From Anthoceros angustus (taxonomy: Eukaryota; Plantae; Anthocerotophyta), in assembly GCA_010909165.1 (NCBI GenBank), contig MU008186.1, positions 558,001 through 622,000 on the forward strand: 64,000 nt of DNA, written 5' to 3'. The translations under genes and the position numbers were made by a program. The notes beneath the pieces were generated by a model. That model saw nothing but the letters and a program-made list of their open reading frames with translations, searched no databases and had not been told where the DNA came from. How positions within the stretch are numbered: the first letter of the stretch is position 1; every line of letters starts with the position of its first letter. Shown here piece after piece: positions 12,491 through 24,360 of this stretch.

Positions 12491-15400
12491 AAGGATGATT
12501 TGATACTCAATTTGTTACATATATTAGGAACTACTGAGTTTTCACATAAATTTTTAAATTTTTACATACCACATGCGATATATTCTCTATGTGTTTTATT
12601 GCATTCGCTTGGATAACTTGCATTTTGGAATTAGATCTATTATGTCAAAACTGTTTTTTAGATTATTCATTTTGTGTCTAATAAACTTTCAATAAATTGC
12701 TCATTAGTTTTAAATTTATCTAAAACGTAATTACAATACTCTTGGTTTGACTACACTTGCTCGCGTGACATTGGACGCAATAAATGTTAACCAACACTTC
12801 AACTCATCTTCAAACTTTGTGTTAATTTGTTCGCTTGACATCATCCTAAAACATGGTCAAAGGGACTAAACACGAACGCAAATAGACAAGCTTGATGAAT
12901 ATTAGGAAAGAGATAATCATGGAGAATGATATTCAGCTTGGCCGGCTAGATCCCAAATGCTTACTTGCAAGTCTTCGCCTCGCCAAAAATGTGTTCAATT
13001 TCTATGCCTTTTGTCATCTCCCATGGTGGGAGCTTATCCATCATCCACGCCGGCATCCATCTTTGAGAATACCGAACCATTTTCTCGACGTATTGTAGTC
13101 TGCAATCATTTTACGTAAATTGCATTAGACATTAACAAAGAGTAACTCACTTTGGCATATTGTGTAGGGAAGCATCCGTTCTGGGGCAGTTTATGATCTC
13201 TCCAAACTTGGGTACGAGTGGATGCATCTTGGGGAACCATATGTTGCGCATGTATGCATCTGCGGAAGGTTGCAAGAGGCCATGGACGTGTTCACTGTGG
13301 TGGGCATACCAGATGTCTTCATGTGGTTTTCCATCATCTTCGCACATGCTCGATCGGAAACCTAAGGAGGCCATACACCAGATCATGAAATTTGAGCTGT
13401 GTGTGCCCTTTGCCCGCCGCAAACAATGAGGGGTGGATCGTGTGTATACCCTTGGGAGTAAAGCAAGCTGACGCCGGAAGTCTTTGTGATGTCAAACGCT
13501 TCTCCGACAACCGCGGCTTTATCACTTGGGGAGAGCAGCCTTTTGGGATGTGAACGGAAACGGAGCCAGCATCCCAGTTAAGGAGAATGTCCACACCCAC
13601 TGCTTCCGCCATGCCATCTTATAAATGTAATCTAAGAATTATTGCAAAAGCTTTAGTGCTAGAGATGAAATTTCCGGGCAAGAGTGACTACCGCAGAGAT
13701 CACCAGCAGAGGAGACAATAGATGATAGCACTGCCGGATCGCTCGTGAGATGAATAGTGGAGCTATCATCCATGTAGTCCCCTCACCACATGATCATCCT
13801 GAGAGATACCGTGTTGCTTGGTAGCATGGTGTGCCTTGGATTTCAAAGATTTCGCGTCTGACAGCTGCCAAGATTCAGCAGGAGGACACTGCATGAGCTT
13901 GTATAATTGTGCGTATGGCATCCGTGTTTGTTGATTATACTCACCGCACATGATGCATGTATACTTGCACCACCTCTAGATCCATATGTCACAGATGAAT
14001 TCTCCAATTAACCTTTACAATGACCCGGACAATTTGGGTGCTACGACCGCGATGACTTCAAGCGGTGGAGATCTACCAAGTCAGCTATGCTCTGTCTTGA
14101 TAAATCTGAATGATATTAAATCGACATCGCCATTTTCAAAAGCAATTTGGGAGGAAGCGTGACCATTAAAGCGTTTAAACATTGAGGGGTGTTTTCTTTT
14201 CCAGTGCATTATTATTGTGAATGCATTGCGTAGTGACCACGGATATTCGAGATGAAGACATAAATTTTTAAATTTTTACATACCACATGCGATATATTCT
14301 CTATGTGTTTTATTGCATTCGCTTGGATAACTTGCATTTTGGAATTAGATCTATTATGTCAAAACTGTTTTTTAGATTATTCATTTTGTGTCTAATAAAC
14401 TTTCAATAAATTGCTCATTAGTTTTAAATTTATCTAAAACGTAATTACAATACTCTTGGTTTGACTACACTTGCTCGCGTGACATTGGACGCAATAAATG
14501 TTAACCAACACTTCAACTCATCTTCAAACTTTGTGTTAATTTGTTCGCTTGACATCATCCTAAAACATGGTCAAAGGGACTAAACACGAACGCAAATAGA
14601 CAAGCTTGATGAATATTAGGAAAGAGATAATCATGGAGAATGATATTCAGCTTGGCCGGCTAGATCCCAAATGCTTACTTGCAAGTCTTCGCCTCGCCAA
14701 AAATGTGTTCAATTTCTATGCCTTTTGTCATCTCCCATGGTGGGAGCTTATCCATCATCCACGCCGGCATCCATCTTTGAGAATACCGAACCATTTTCTC
14801 GACGTATTGTAGTCTGCAATCATTTTACGTAAATTGCATTAGACATTAACAAAGAGTAACTCACTTTGGCATATTGTGTAGGGAAGCATCCGTTCTGGGG
14901 CAGTTTATGATCTCTCCAAACTTGGGTACGAGTGGATGCATCTTGGGGAACCATATGTTGCGCATGTATGCATCTGCGGAAGGTTGCAAGAGGCCATGGA
15001 CGTGTTCACTGTGGTGGGCATACCAGATGTCTTCATGTGGTTTTCCATCATCTTCGCACATGCTCGATCGGAAACCTAAGGAGGCCATACACCAGATCAT
15101 GAAATTTGAGCTGTGTGTGCCCTTTGCCCGCCGCAAACAATGAGGGGTGGATCGTGTGTATACCCTTGGGAGTAAAGCAAGCTGACGCCGGAAGTCTTTG
15201 TGATGTCAAACGCTTCTCCGACAACCGCGGCTTTATCACTTGGGGAGAGCAGCCTTTTGGGATGTGAACGGAAACGGAGCCAGCATCCCAGTTAAGGAGA
15301 ATGTCCACACCCACTGCTTCCGCCATGCCATCTTATAAATGTAATCTAAGAATTATTGCAAAAGCTTTAGTGCTAGAGATGAAATTTCCGGGCAAGAGTG

Positions 15401-16670
15401 ACTACCGCAGAGATCACCAGCAGAGGAGACAATAGATGATAGCACTGCCGGATCGCTCGTGAGATGAATAGTGGAGCTATCATCCATGTAGTCCCCTCAC
15501 CACATGATCATCCTGAGAGATACCGTGTTGCTTGGTAGCATGGTGTGCCTTGATTTCAGACATTTCGCTGACAGCCGATTGGCCCGCAGCAGGAGGACAC
15601 TGCATGAGCTTGTATAATTGTGCGGTGTATGGCATCCGGTTTGTTGATTATACTCACGCACATGATGCATGTATGCTTGCACCACCTCTAGTCCATATGT
15701 CTGAATAGATTCTCAATTAGCACAATGCCCCGCTGGTCACACGACACGATGACTTCAAGCGGTGGAGATCACCAAGTCCGCTATATCTCTGTCGATCGTC
15801 GAATGATATTAAATCCGATATCGCCATTTTCAAAAGCAATTTGGGAGGAAGACCATTAAAACGTTTAAGCTTGTGAGGGTGGTTTCTTTCAGTGCACGTG
15901 TGTGAATGCATCGTAGTGACCATGGATATTCGAGATGAAGACATAAGTCGATCACTAACAACAGGGATGTTGGCTTGCGTGATGTTTCTAGGAGGAAAGG
16001 ATTGTCTAGATTCTCGGAAAGAGACCTATGAATAAGACGATGTGTGAACAGACGATGAGAGAAAGCAACGATACAGGAACAAGACGGTTGGATGATAACT
16101 TATCGCACTAAGAGGTCAGGTTTGTCCCTTAAGGTTTGGTCAGACTAAAATGAGGACGTGGTCAATGCCATGAATACGTTCAGGTGGATCAGGTAAACAA
16201 ACTCTCCAAACATCTACAACAACGATGCAAGCACGGATATAAGTCTAACAAAGTTCACTTGGAGATCCATGCAATGACTATAAACTAGGAGTATTTGGCA
16301 ACCGGAGCTGATGACGGTTATATTTGGAAGGTGGCTCTGGGATGGTTGGTAACAAGCACGCCTCCTCTTCGAGATGATCATCGAAATGTGCAAAGAAGAT
16401 GCACACTTACTCATCCACCTTGTGACTTGTGATTATGTGACAAATGGTATTAGTTATACATTTTTAGTCGATGGGGAGTGTAGAATAGCAACAATTTGCT
16501 GCGATAATTTAGTTGCCGAAAACGCGATTACTTGACATTGCTCTAAGTGGATGGGTACATGAGGCGCATTTGCCACTGTGCTCCATCGGGACTCAAACAA
16601 GGCACAAGAAAAATCAAGGTTCCTCTTGCCAAGGCGCCACTTGAGCTTGAAGGCACTTCAATTCCAAATT
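12487..16670 (-). repeat. Two further tandem partial copies of the ROCO LRR/Roc region, plus its probable N-terminal region
   Basis: 12487-13800 repeats 11135-12460. ORFs at 12892/14606 and 13147/14861 are identical at a 1714 bp offset. The WDLAGQ motif is intact in these copies. Confidence 0.85.
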
Positions 16671-16849
16671 CCATATAGGTTCTGAAATAGAAAATAGAAA
16701 ATATAATACAAAATAGAACCTTTTAATATAGTATATATAATAGAAAATAGATCCTTTTATGAATATAGAACCTAGAACCTAGGTCCAATATAGCGTCCAA
16801 TCAACGGCCCTTTCCACAACATGTACATGGTGTAGAAGACAGGACATTC

Positions 16850-17670
16850 CAGTGTGTCATGCCAGTTTCGAAAAACAATCGTTGGAGCTTTGGTCTGCAA
16901 CTGGGCCATCCACAGCCTTCTCAGAACAATTGGTCTAAGAGGATGCTCAGCTTTAGAAGCAGACAAAAAACCTTCCCATAATGCAGGAACTTGCGCACAA
17001 CGTGTTGAGAGCATACAACTCGAAAGGTGAGCAAACTTACTTCAAACTGTTGGTAACTCCAATGCCATGGATTCTTACATCACTTATGAGGATCTTCCTA
17101 TTTTGCCCCATACCTAGAATAAGGATGGCAACGCAAGAAACTCGCTGAGGCTTGGATGACACCCTAGAAACAATAGTGGCGCTGATGAAAACAAACAAGT
17201 CAGTTCTAACTGTCGAAGATTACTTACTCTCTACGAAACTGCTTGACAAACACTCCTGCATAATCACCATCAGAGGGAGCACCTATCATCATCGCTGTGT
17301 CCGTACCCTGGAAGACAGATATTCACGGAAGAAATATCAGTCAACCACCTCATGGAGGGCACTTCAGGCAGTTCTACAACCATCTGCCATGGGGATCAGG
17401 CCCAGGAGTAGAATGCTACCCACCTCACAGGAGGGCATTACTCCAGCCAGTCATGTTTCTTTTGTGTGCCTCCTTCAGGCCTGTGCCAGTGTCGGAGCTT
17501 TGCATCAGGCATGAGACCAATCTCTTTGGCCAAAGAGATGTGGTCTCATGGACTACCATGATTGCAGGTATGCTCAGCATGGTCTCAGTCAAGAGGCCCT
17601 CACTTTGTATGCAAGTATGCAGCGTGAGGCTTGACTGCTCCAAATCATGTCACATTCGTGTGCCTGTCAT
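16850..17670 (+). pseudogene. Degenerate PLS-PPR fragment
   Basis: QEGITP..HVSFVCLLQACASVGAL, QRDVVSWTTMIAG(Y)AQHGLSQEALTLYASMQRE and PNHVTFVCL. Confidence 0.75.
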
Positions 17671-19440
17671 GAGACCACTTGTCCTGCCTATTGTCCCACC
17701 ACTGTCTAGGATCTGAGAACAGGTCCTGCCATAACAGCTCCAGCCTGGCTCTCTTCAAAGCTTCCTGGCTGATATCAATCCCTGCAGACGAAGCTGCGGC
17801 TGGCGGGCATGTAGAATCGACACGGATCCATGGTCGTTGCTCAGTCCTTGGTTGCGAATCCTGGCCGAACTACCCAAGTCTGGAATCGAAAGGCGATTCA
17901 CCGAGCTCACAGCCATAGCTCCCTACGGATTTTATTAAAGTAATTTTCATATTATAGTGGAATCAAAAGTATATACGGTATTGTTGAAATTTTAATTTAG
18001 GTAGATAGGTATTACCGTTGTCAGTAAGTGGAGTTACTTAACAGGACGACATCTAAGAACAAAGGCTCACTACCTCAAGCTCCCGAACTCGTTCATACTC
18101 TGCGCAGTGCGGTCTGTGTGAAAGCTGAGGCCTGTGCACTGCACAGAGAGCGCTGTGGTCATGGACAGGCAGGAGGGAATGTCTTTGCCATGATTGCAGG
18201 TATGCTCAGCATGGTCTCAGTCAAGAGGCCCTCACTTTGTATGCAAGTATGCAGCGTGAGGGCTGCTCCAAATCATGTCACATTCGTGTGCCTGTCATGA
18301 GACCACTTGTCCTGCCTATTGTCCCACCACTGTCTAGGATCTGAGAACAGGTCCTGCCATAACAGCTCCAGCCTGGCTCTCTTCAAAGCTTCCTGGCTGA
18401 TATCAATCCCTGCAGACGAAGCTGCGGCTGGCGGGCATGTAGAATCGACACGGATCCATGGTCGTTGCTCAGTCCTTGGTTGCGAATCCTGGCCGAACTA
18501 CCCAAGTCTGGAATCGAAAGGCGATTCACCGAGCTCACAGCCATAGCTCCCTACGGATTTTATTAAAGTAATTTTCATATTATAGTGGAATCAAAAGTAT
18601 ATACGGTATTGTTGAAATTTTAATTTAGGTAGATAGGTATTACCGTTGTCAGTAAGTGGAGTTACTTAACAGGACGACATCTAAGAACAAAGGCTCACTA
18701 CCTCAAGCTCCCGAACTCGTTCATACTCTGCGCAGTGCGGTCTGTGTGAAAGCTGAGGCCTGTGCACTGCACAGAGAGCGCTGTGGTCATGGACAGGCAG
18801 GAGGGAATGTCTTTGCCATGATTGCAGGTATGCTCAGCATGGTCTCGGTCAAGAGGCCCTCACTTTGTATGCAAGTATGCAGCGTGAGGCTTGACTGCTC
18901 CAAATCATGTCACATTCGTGTGCCTGTCATGAGACCACTTGTCCTGCCTATTGTCCCACCACTGTCTAGGATCTGAGAACAGGTCCTGCCATAACAGCTC
19001 CAGCCTGGCTCTCTTCAAAGCTTCCTGGCTGATATCAATCCCTGCAGACGAAGCTGCGGCTGGCGGGCATGTAGAATCGACACGGATCCATGGTCGTTGC
19101 TCAGTCCTTGGTTGCGAATCCGAACTACCCAAGTCTGGAATCGGAAAAGGGATTCACCGAGCTCACAGCCATAGCTCCCTACGGATTTTATTAAAGTAAT
19201 TTTCATATTATAGTGGAATCAAAAGTATATACGGTATTGTTGAAATTTTAATTTAGGTAGATAGGTATTACCGTTGTCAGTAAGTGGAGTTACTTAACAG
19301 GACGACATCTAAGAACAAAGGCTACTACCTGAAAGCTCCCGAACTCGTTCATACTCTGTGCGGTCTGTGTGAAAGCTGAGGCCTGTGCACTGCACAGAGA
19401 GCGCTGTGGTCATGGACAGGCAGGAGGGAATGTCTTTGCC
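17556..19440. repeat. Three tandem copies of a ~630 bp chimeric unit (PPR motif on +, OSB-like fragment on -, AT-rich spacer)
   Basis: ccatgattgcaggtatgctc starts at 17556, 18188 and 18816, and the copies are near-identical. Confidence 0.92.
17678..17850 (-). pseudogene. Truncated OSB-type PDF-motif fragment (also at ~18306 and ~18938)
   Basis: ELLWQDLFSDPRQWWDNRQDK resembles the first half of the organellar ssDNA-binding (OSB) PDF repeat WQxxFxNPxxWWDNRxxK; the PDFKHK half is missing. Confidence 0.6.
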
Positions 19441-19526
19441 GCATGATGTGCTTGGGGCGCACGACTCTCTCAGATTTGGTTTGCCTGCTCTGAAACAAGA
19501 TGCCTTGCCGAGGCATCCTGCAGACT

Positions 19527-19885
19527 GTGCAGCGCACGCATCAGAAGTTGCATGAGGACACCAGGAAAACCATGCTGAGACACCTACAGGGGTCGGCTTT
19601 TGTCACAAAGCTGGACATTGAGCAGCAGATTCTGTCTCGGTAATGAGCTCCCTGTCAGCTAGGACTTGCTCTTCTTCGTGTTCCGGAGACTTATATGGTA
19701 CTTCAGCGTGCAGCGCACGCATCAGAAGTTGCATGAGGACACCAGGAAAACCATGCTGAGACACCTACAGGGGTCGGCTTTTGTCACAAAGCTGGACATT
19801 GAGCAGCAGATTCTGTCTCGGTAATGAGCTCCCTGTCAGCTAGGACTTGCTCTTCTTCGTGTTCCGGAGACTTATATGGTACTTG
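19527..19885. repeat. 181 bp exact tandem duplication containing an exon-like segment
   Basis: gtgcagcgcacgcatcagaag starts at 19527 and 19708. It encodes QRTHQKLHEDTRKTMLRHLQGSAFVTKLDIEQQILSR followed by gtaatg. Confidence 0.85.
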
Positions 19886-20419
19886 GGTGCGCGTGCAACC
19901 AGGTTTGGTTCCTTCCTCCATGCTTGGCTTGGACTCCTACAATAGGACCCTGGAGAGCTTCGGTTTTGAAGACTATCTCAATGGTAAGCACTGTGTGCTG
20001 GAGCACACCTGAAGTTTGAGACTTGGTTAGGGCATGTTGTCTCATGACCTCCTCCTGGTGTCTGCAGATCCGCAGACTCTGAATTGTTCACACCAGCTGA
20101 TTTGCATCATGGGATGGAAGTTCGGCTTGGATTGTCTAGTGGTCCTGTTTCAGTCGTTCACATGAGCCCAGGTAGTGCATATGTTTTGCACCAGAATGTG
20201 TCCCTTTTCATATGGCGGTTGTCAGCTTGAAGCTTTTCAGGAAAGGTTGAGGATACACAAGACCTCTGCTACAAAGTGCTTGACAGTCTTGAACTAATTA
20301 CATTAGGCTACTACCTACTGGGTTTCGAGAAAGTATTTGCATCAATGCCGATCCCCACAAGAACACGACCCATTCTGAAAACGGTGAATACGGTGTGCAT
20401 CTGTGTTGGTCACGGCAGC

Positions 20420-22103
20420 TAGAGAGTCACATCAAAGGTTCGTTTTCCTGCGTTTACAGACAGGTACCCCAGAAGTCATTCACATCACTCACAGGATGAA
20501 TATTATTTTCTATAGCAGTGAAGACTTACATGAGGACCGAAGATAGAGAGAAATATTCGGGAATGACATGCCCAAGAACCAGATTAGCATCAGTGACAGC
20601 CAGCTCTCCTCCCTGCCATAGCACACTGGTCCCGGATGAGCACTGACGGATTCTGGCCCCACCTGTACCAACCTCTTACCAACTCAGGAGCTCAGCCCTG
20701 CACCTTATGTGCTTTCTCTTGCTTCCTAACACCTAGCATCGTAATACCAAAGATGCACTGCAGGTGCCCTCCGTGCTGGGCACCAAGGATGCACCTCAGT
20801 ACCTTGAAGACTCCTGCCTGAAACTTCAATTTTGAGCCCCGACTACAACTGTGTTGATATCAAGTTGTGGAGCCTGCATGTGATTTCCAATTCAAAGAGT
20901 TTGTGACTTGTGAAAGAAATTGGATGGCCACAACAATTTTCTGAAATGAGTAATATGAATCTTACTTGAATGATAACACCTGCAGTTTGAGTTTCAAAGA
21001 TTTGCGCAGCTCCCCGCATACCGACTCACATCCGTGGATGTTCCTCCCATGTCGAAGCCAATCAGCTGTATGAGTACCATGTATGTGAGGATATGCTTGA
21101 GACAGGAGATGGACTATTCCTGAGACGTAAGACATACAGGCTGGTCGGTTTCGATGGAATAAGTCATCTGTGCGTAGCCAACTTCTCCTCCTGCAGAACC
21201 TGAAAAAACGTGTCGATCTATCTCCATACAAGCCTTAACAAGAAACCTTGGATTTTCTTATGACCGGAAAATCTTTGTTCAGAGTAAGACCTCCATCAGA
21301 CTGCATAAATAAGATGGCCACTTTGCTAAGTCACCTAACATCGTTCATCACAAGCAAAGCTTTAAGATGTTGGTCACACGACTGATCGACAGTTTATTTC
21401 CGTTTTCTCAAAGCAATAGTCGCAGGCATAACATGTCAAGAACCTGAGAGGAAGACAGATAGATACTCCTTGATGACTGGGGTAAGATCAGCATCCATAG
21501 TTGCTGTGAGACCCCTTGGAACAACTCGAATCATAGGAACCAAAGCTGATGAGATCGACACTTGCTTAAAGCCCAGACCAATAGCCTGTCTCTCCACCTC
21601 CTGCACTGTACACAACATCATGCCCACCTCCTCTTACAAGGCTCCAGTCTCCCTTTGCCAGCAGTTCCTGTTTGGGACAACTGTTCAGAAACAAGCTATC
21701 TTGAACAAGCTCAAATTTCAGCTTCACGATCGAAGTTAATACCAGACGCGTTCTGGCTCACCCGGAGCTGAGCCCTTAAGCTTTCTCATCCATAGGCTTT
21801 ACAATCTCCACCAATTCGCCTGAGACTCCCTTTTAAAGTAATAACTCCTTGTACCTGCACTCCAGCCAATGCTAGTTGAACACGTTCCATCCGCTTCAAT
21901 CACTTCCTCATATCTGATTCATGTGATTGAATTAGCACCAAGAAGTGATTTCATCTGTCAATAGCTTTCCAGTTTCTCAAATTAATTCAAGACTGAATTT
22001 TCGACATACAATGCTGAAGGTTTTGCGACAGTAAGATCAAAAATCTTTGGACGAGCCTGATTTCCAATGAGAAGAAGGTCTTTGAATCCCTGCCACACGT
22101 TCC
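20420..22103 (-). pseudogene. OXP1: 5-oxoprolinase, N-terminal (hydantoinase A) portion, intron-containing and frameshifted
   Basis: GFKDLLLIGNQARPKIFDLTVAKP, LGFKQVSISSALVPMIRVVPRGLTATMDADLTPVIKEYL, LFMQSDGGL, LIGFDMGGTSTDVSRY, APQLDINTV and VGPESVSAHPGPVCY..GGELAVTDANLVLG, separated by GT-AG introns. Confidence 0.88.
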
Positions 22104-22544
22104 AATGAGCAAAACAAATCAATTCAACTCACAATCTCCACCGTGAATACACCAAGGTATAAGAGTAAGAAAACCCACTTTGGTGACCCACGGAACTGTT
22201 TTGGGCTCTGGACCAATTTGCATCCTCAGTTGGCCTCCAGGAAGCTAAAAGCAGGAGGGCTGGACATGGCACCTCCGGCTTCCAGGGGCTTCTGGGGAAC
22301 CATCATAAGGCGCTAGTTATATCCAGAATTAGCTGGGTCTAAGGGATTACAGCTCGTTTTCAGATCCTGCTCAATGGTGGCAGAGTTGTCTGAATAAGGC
22401 ATGTTCGGATTGATGCTTGCTGCCCCACGAGAGTTGTTTTGATTCTCACTTGGGCTGACGATGGGAGAGATGAGGACCCTGACAGTGGCCTTTACAATGC
22501 CTGGAGAAGAGGCCTTCCAGGCAGAAGATACTGGAACCTAGGCT

Positions 22545-24360
22545 ATGGTTGAACTGCATACGGAAGCCAGCTCCGGTGACGGTGAATTCTCGGCTGTAGA
22601 CTGGGATGAGTACGTCTCCGTGGACTGCCAACGAGAGGTACTGTGCTGTTCTGAATGTTGTTCCAAAACCTGCCACAAGTGCTGGGATTTATGTGAGAAG
22701 GAGAATCAGTGCAATAGTAGTGAGTTTGGAATTCTGCTGTTGCTGGAGACCTGTTAGCTCTAGGGACTCATGGGAGGTGGAGAGTTTATGCAAGAAGGGA
22801 CAGGTAGATGAGGCACTGGGTATTCTGAAACAAGTGGATGCGTTTTTCAACGGTTGTCTCCACGCGATGCCTTCTCTTGGACAGCCATTGTCTCAGGCTA
22901 TAGTAACGCTGGACAATGTCGGGAGGCTCTCTCATGCTATGAGCAGGTGCAACAGGAAGGTGTTCAGCCCAACAACTACACATTTGTCAGCTTACTCAAA
23001 GCATGCAGCAGGTTAAAGGACCCGTTGGAGGCCAGACGAATGCATGCGGACGATGCTAACCTTGGGCTTGAGTTAGACGTTTTGTTGGGAGCACTTTGGT
23101 CAGCATGTACGCGAAGTGTGGGGCATGGTGGATGGTGAAAGGGCTTTTGATGCCTTGCCTAAACGGAATCTTGTGCCTTGAAATGCCGTAATTGCGGCTT
23201 ATGCTCAACAGGCCAAGGAGACAAGGCCTTGCAGATTTTTCGGAAAATGCAAGTGGAGGAAGTGAGGGCAGATGCAGCTGTTCTTCAAGCATGTGGGACC
23301 CTGTCCGAAATGGAGAAAAGCGTACTTGTAGGTGGTCAACTGGTGAAGGAGAAGACGCTGGAGCAGGGCAAGAAGATACATACTGAAGCTATTCAAGGGG
23401 TTTTGGATCAAATGTCTTTGTTGCTAACACTTTGGTAAGTATGCATGCAAAGTGTGGGAGCATTGTGGATGCGCAAAGGTGTTTGATAGTCTGGTAGAGC
23501 GCAATGTAGTGTGGTGGAATGCAACGATTGCAGCCTACGCTCAGCAGGACCAAGGAGAGAAAAGCCTTGCCTTGCAGATTTTGAACAGAGAAGCAAAGGT
23601 GAGGCCAGATACTAGGACCTTCGTCAGCGCTCTTTCAAGCATGTGGTGCCATTGCAGAGAATGAGGACAGCGTTATGGTGCTTGGGCGAAATGTCAAGGT
23701 CGTAACCCTGCAAAGAGGAGCTAATGGGACTGGTTCTGATGGAGATTTCTTCTTTAACAACAGTCTGGTTAGCCTGTATTCGAAGTGTGGAAGCATCACA
23801 GAGGCACGTCAGGTGTTTGATGCATTGTCCCAGCGCACTGTAGTATCATGGAATGCACTAATTGCAGGCTATGCTGCCCAACATGAAGGTGGAAACGCCT
23901 TAGAGATCTACCGGTAAATGCAGAAGCAAGGCATCAGGCCTGATGCGCGGACGTTTTGTAGGCGCTCTCCAAGCATGTGGCATGGTTGCAGACCAGGAGA
24001 AGAGTTCTCTGGTGGATGGGCAGTTTGTCCAGGTGGAGTCTTTGCTACAGGCAAAGGTGATACATGCTGAGGTTGTGAGCATGCATATATGGCCCTTGAA
24101 ATGGACATGTTTGTGGGTAACACTCTGGTTAGTAAGTATTCAAAGTGTGGGAGCGTCAAGGATGCAGAAGTACAAGAATTTGACAGATTGTCCAAGCGCA
24201 ATGAGGTGACGTGGACGCTCATGATTGCAGCTTATTCTCAGCAGGATCAAGGCGACAAGGCTCTACAACTGTACATCCAAATGCCAGAAGGCGTGAAGCC
24301 ACAGGAGTCTACATTTGTTTCTTGTCTTGGAAGCTTGTAGCAATACTGGGGCCTTAGAAA
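22545..24360 (+). pseudogene. PLS-class PPR gene, frameshifted and truncated by the transposon
   Basis: PRDAFSWTAIVSGYSNAGQCREALSCYEQVQQEGVQPNNYTFVSLLKAC plus further P/L/S motifs. No E/DYW end. 23282-24360 matches 1-1080. Confidence 0.9.

Noticed and set aside
22545-24360. DYW deaminase domain (C-to-U or U-to-C editing factor)
   Set aside because: No HSE/HAE or CxxC deaminase motif is visible for any PPR in the window.
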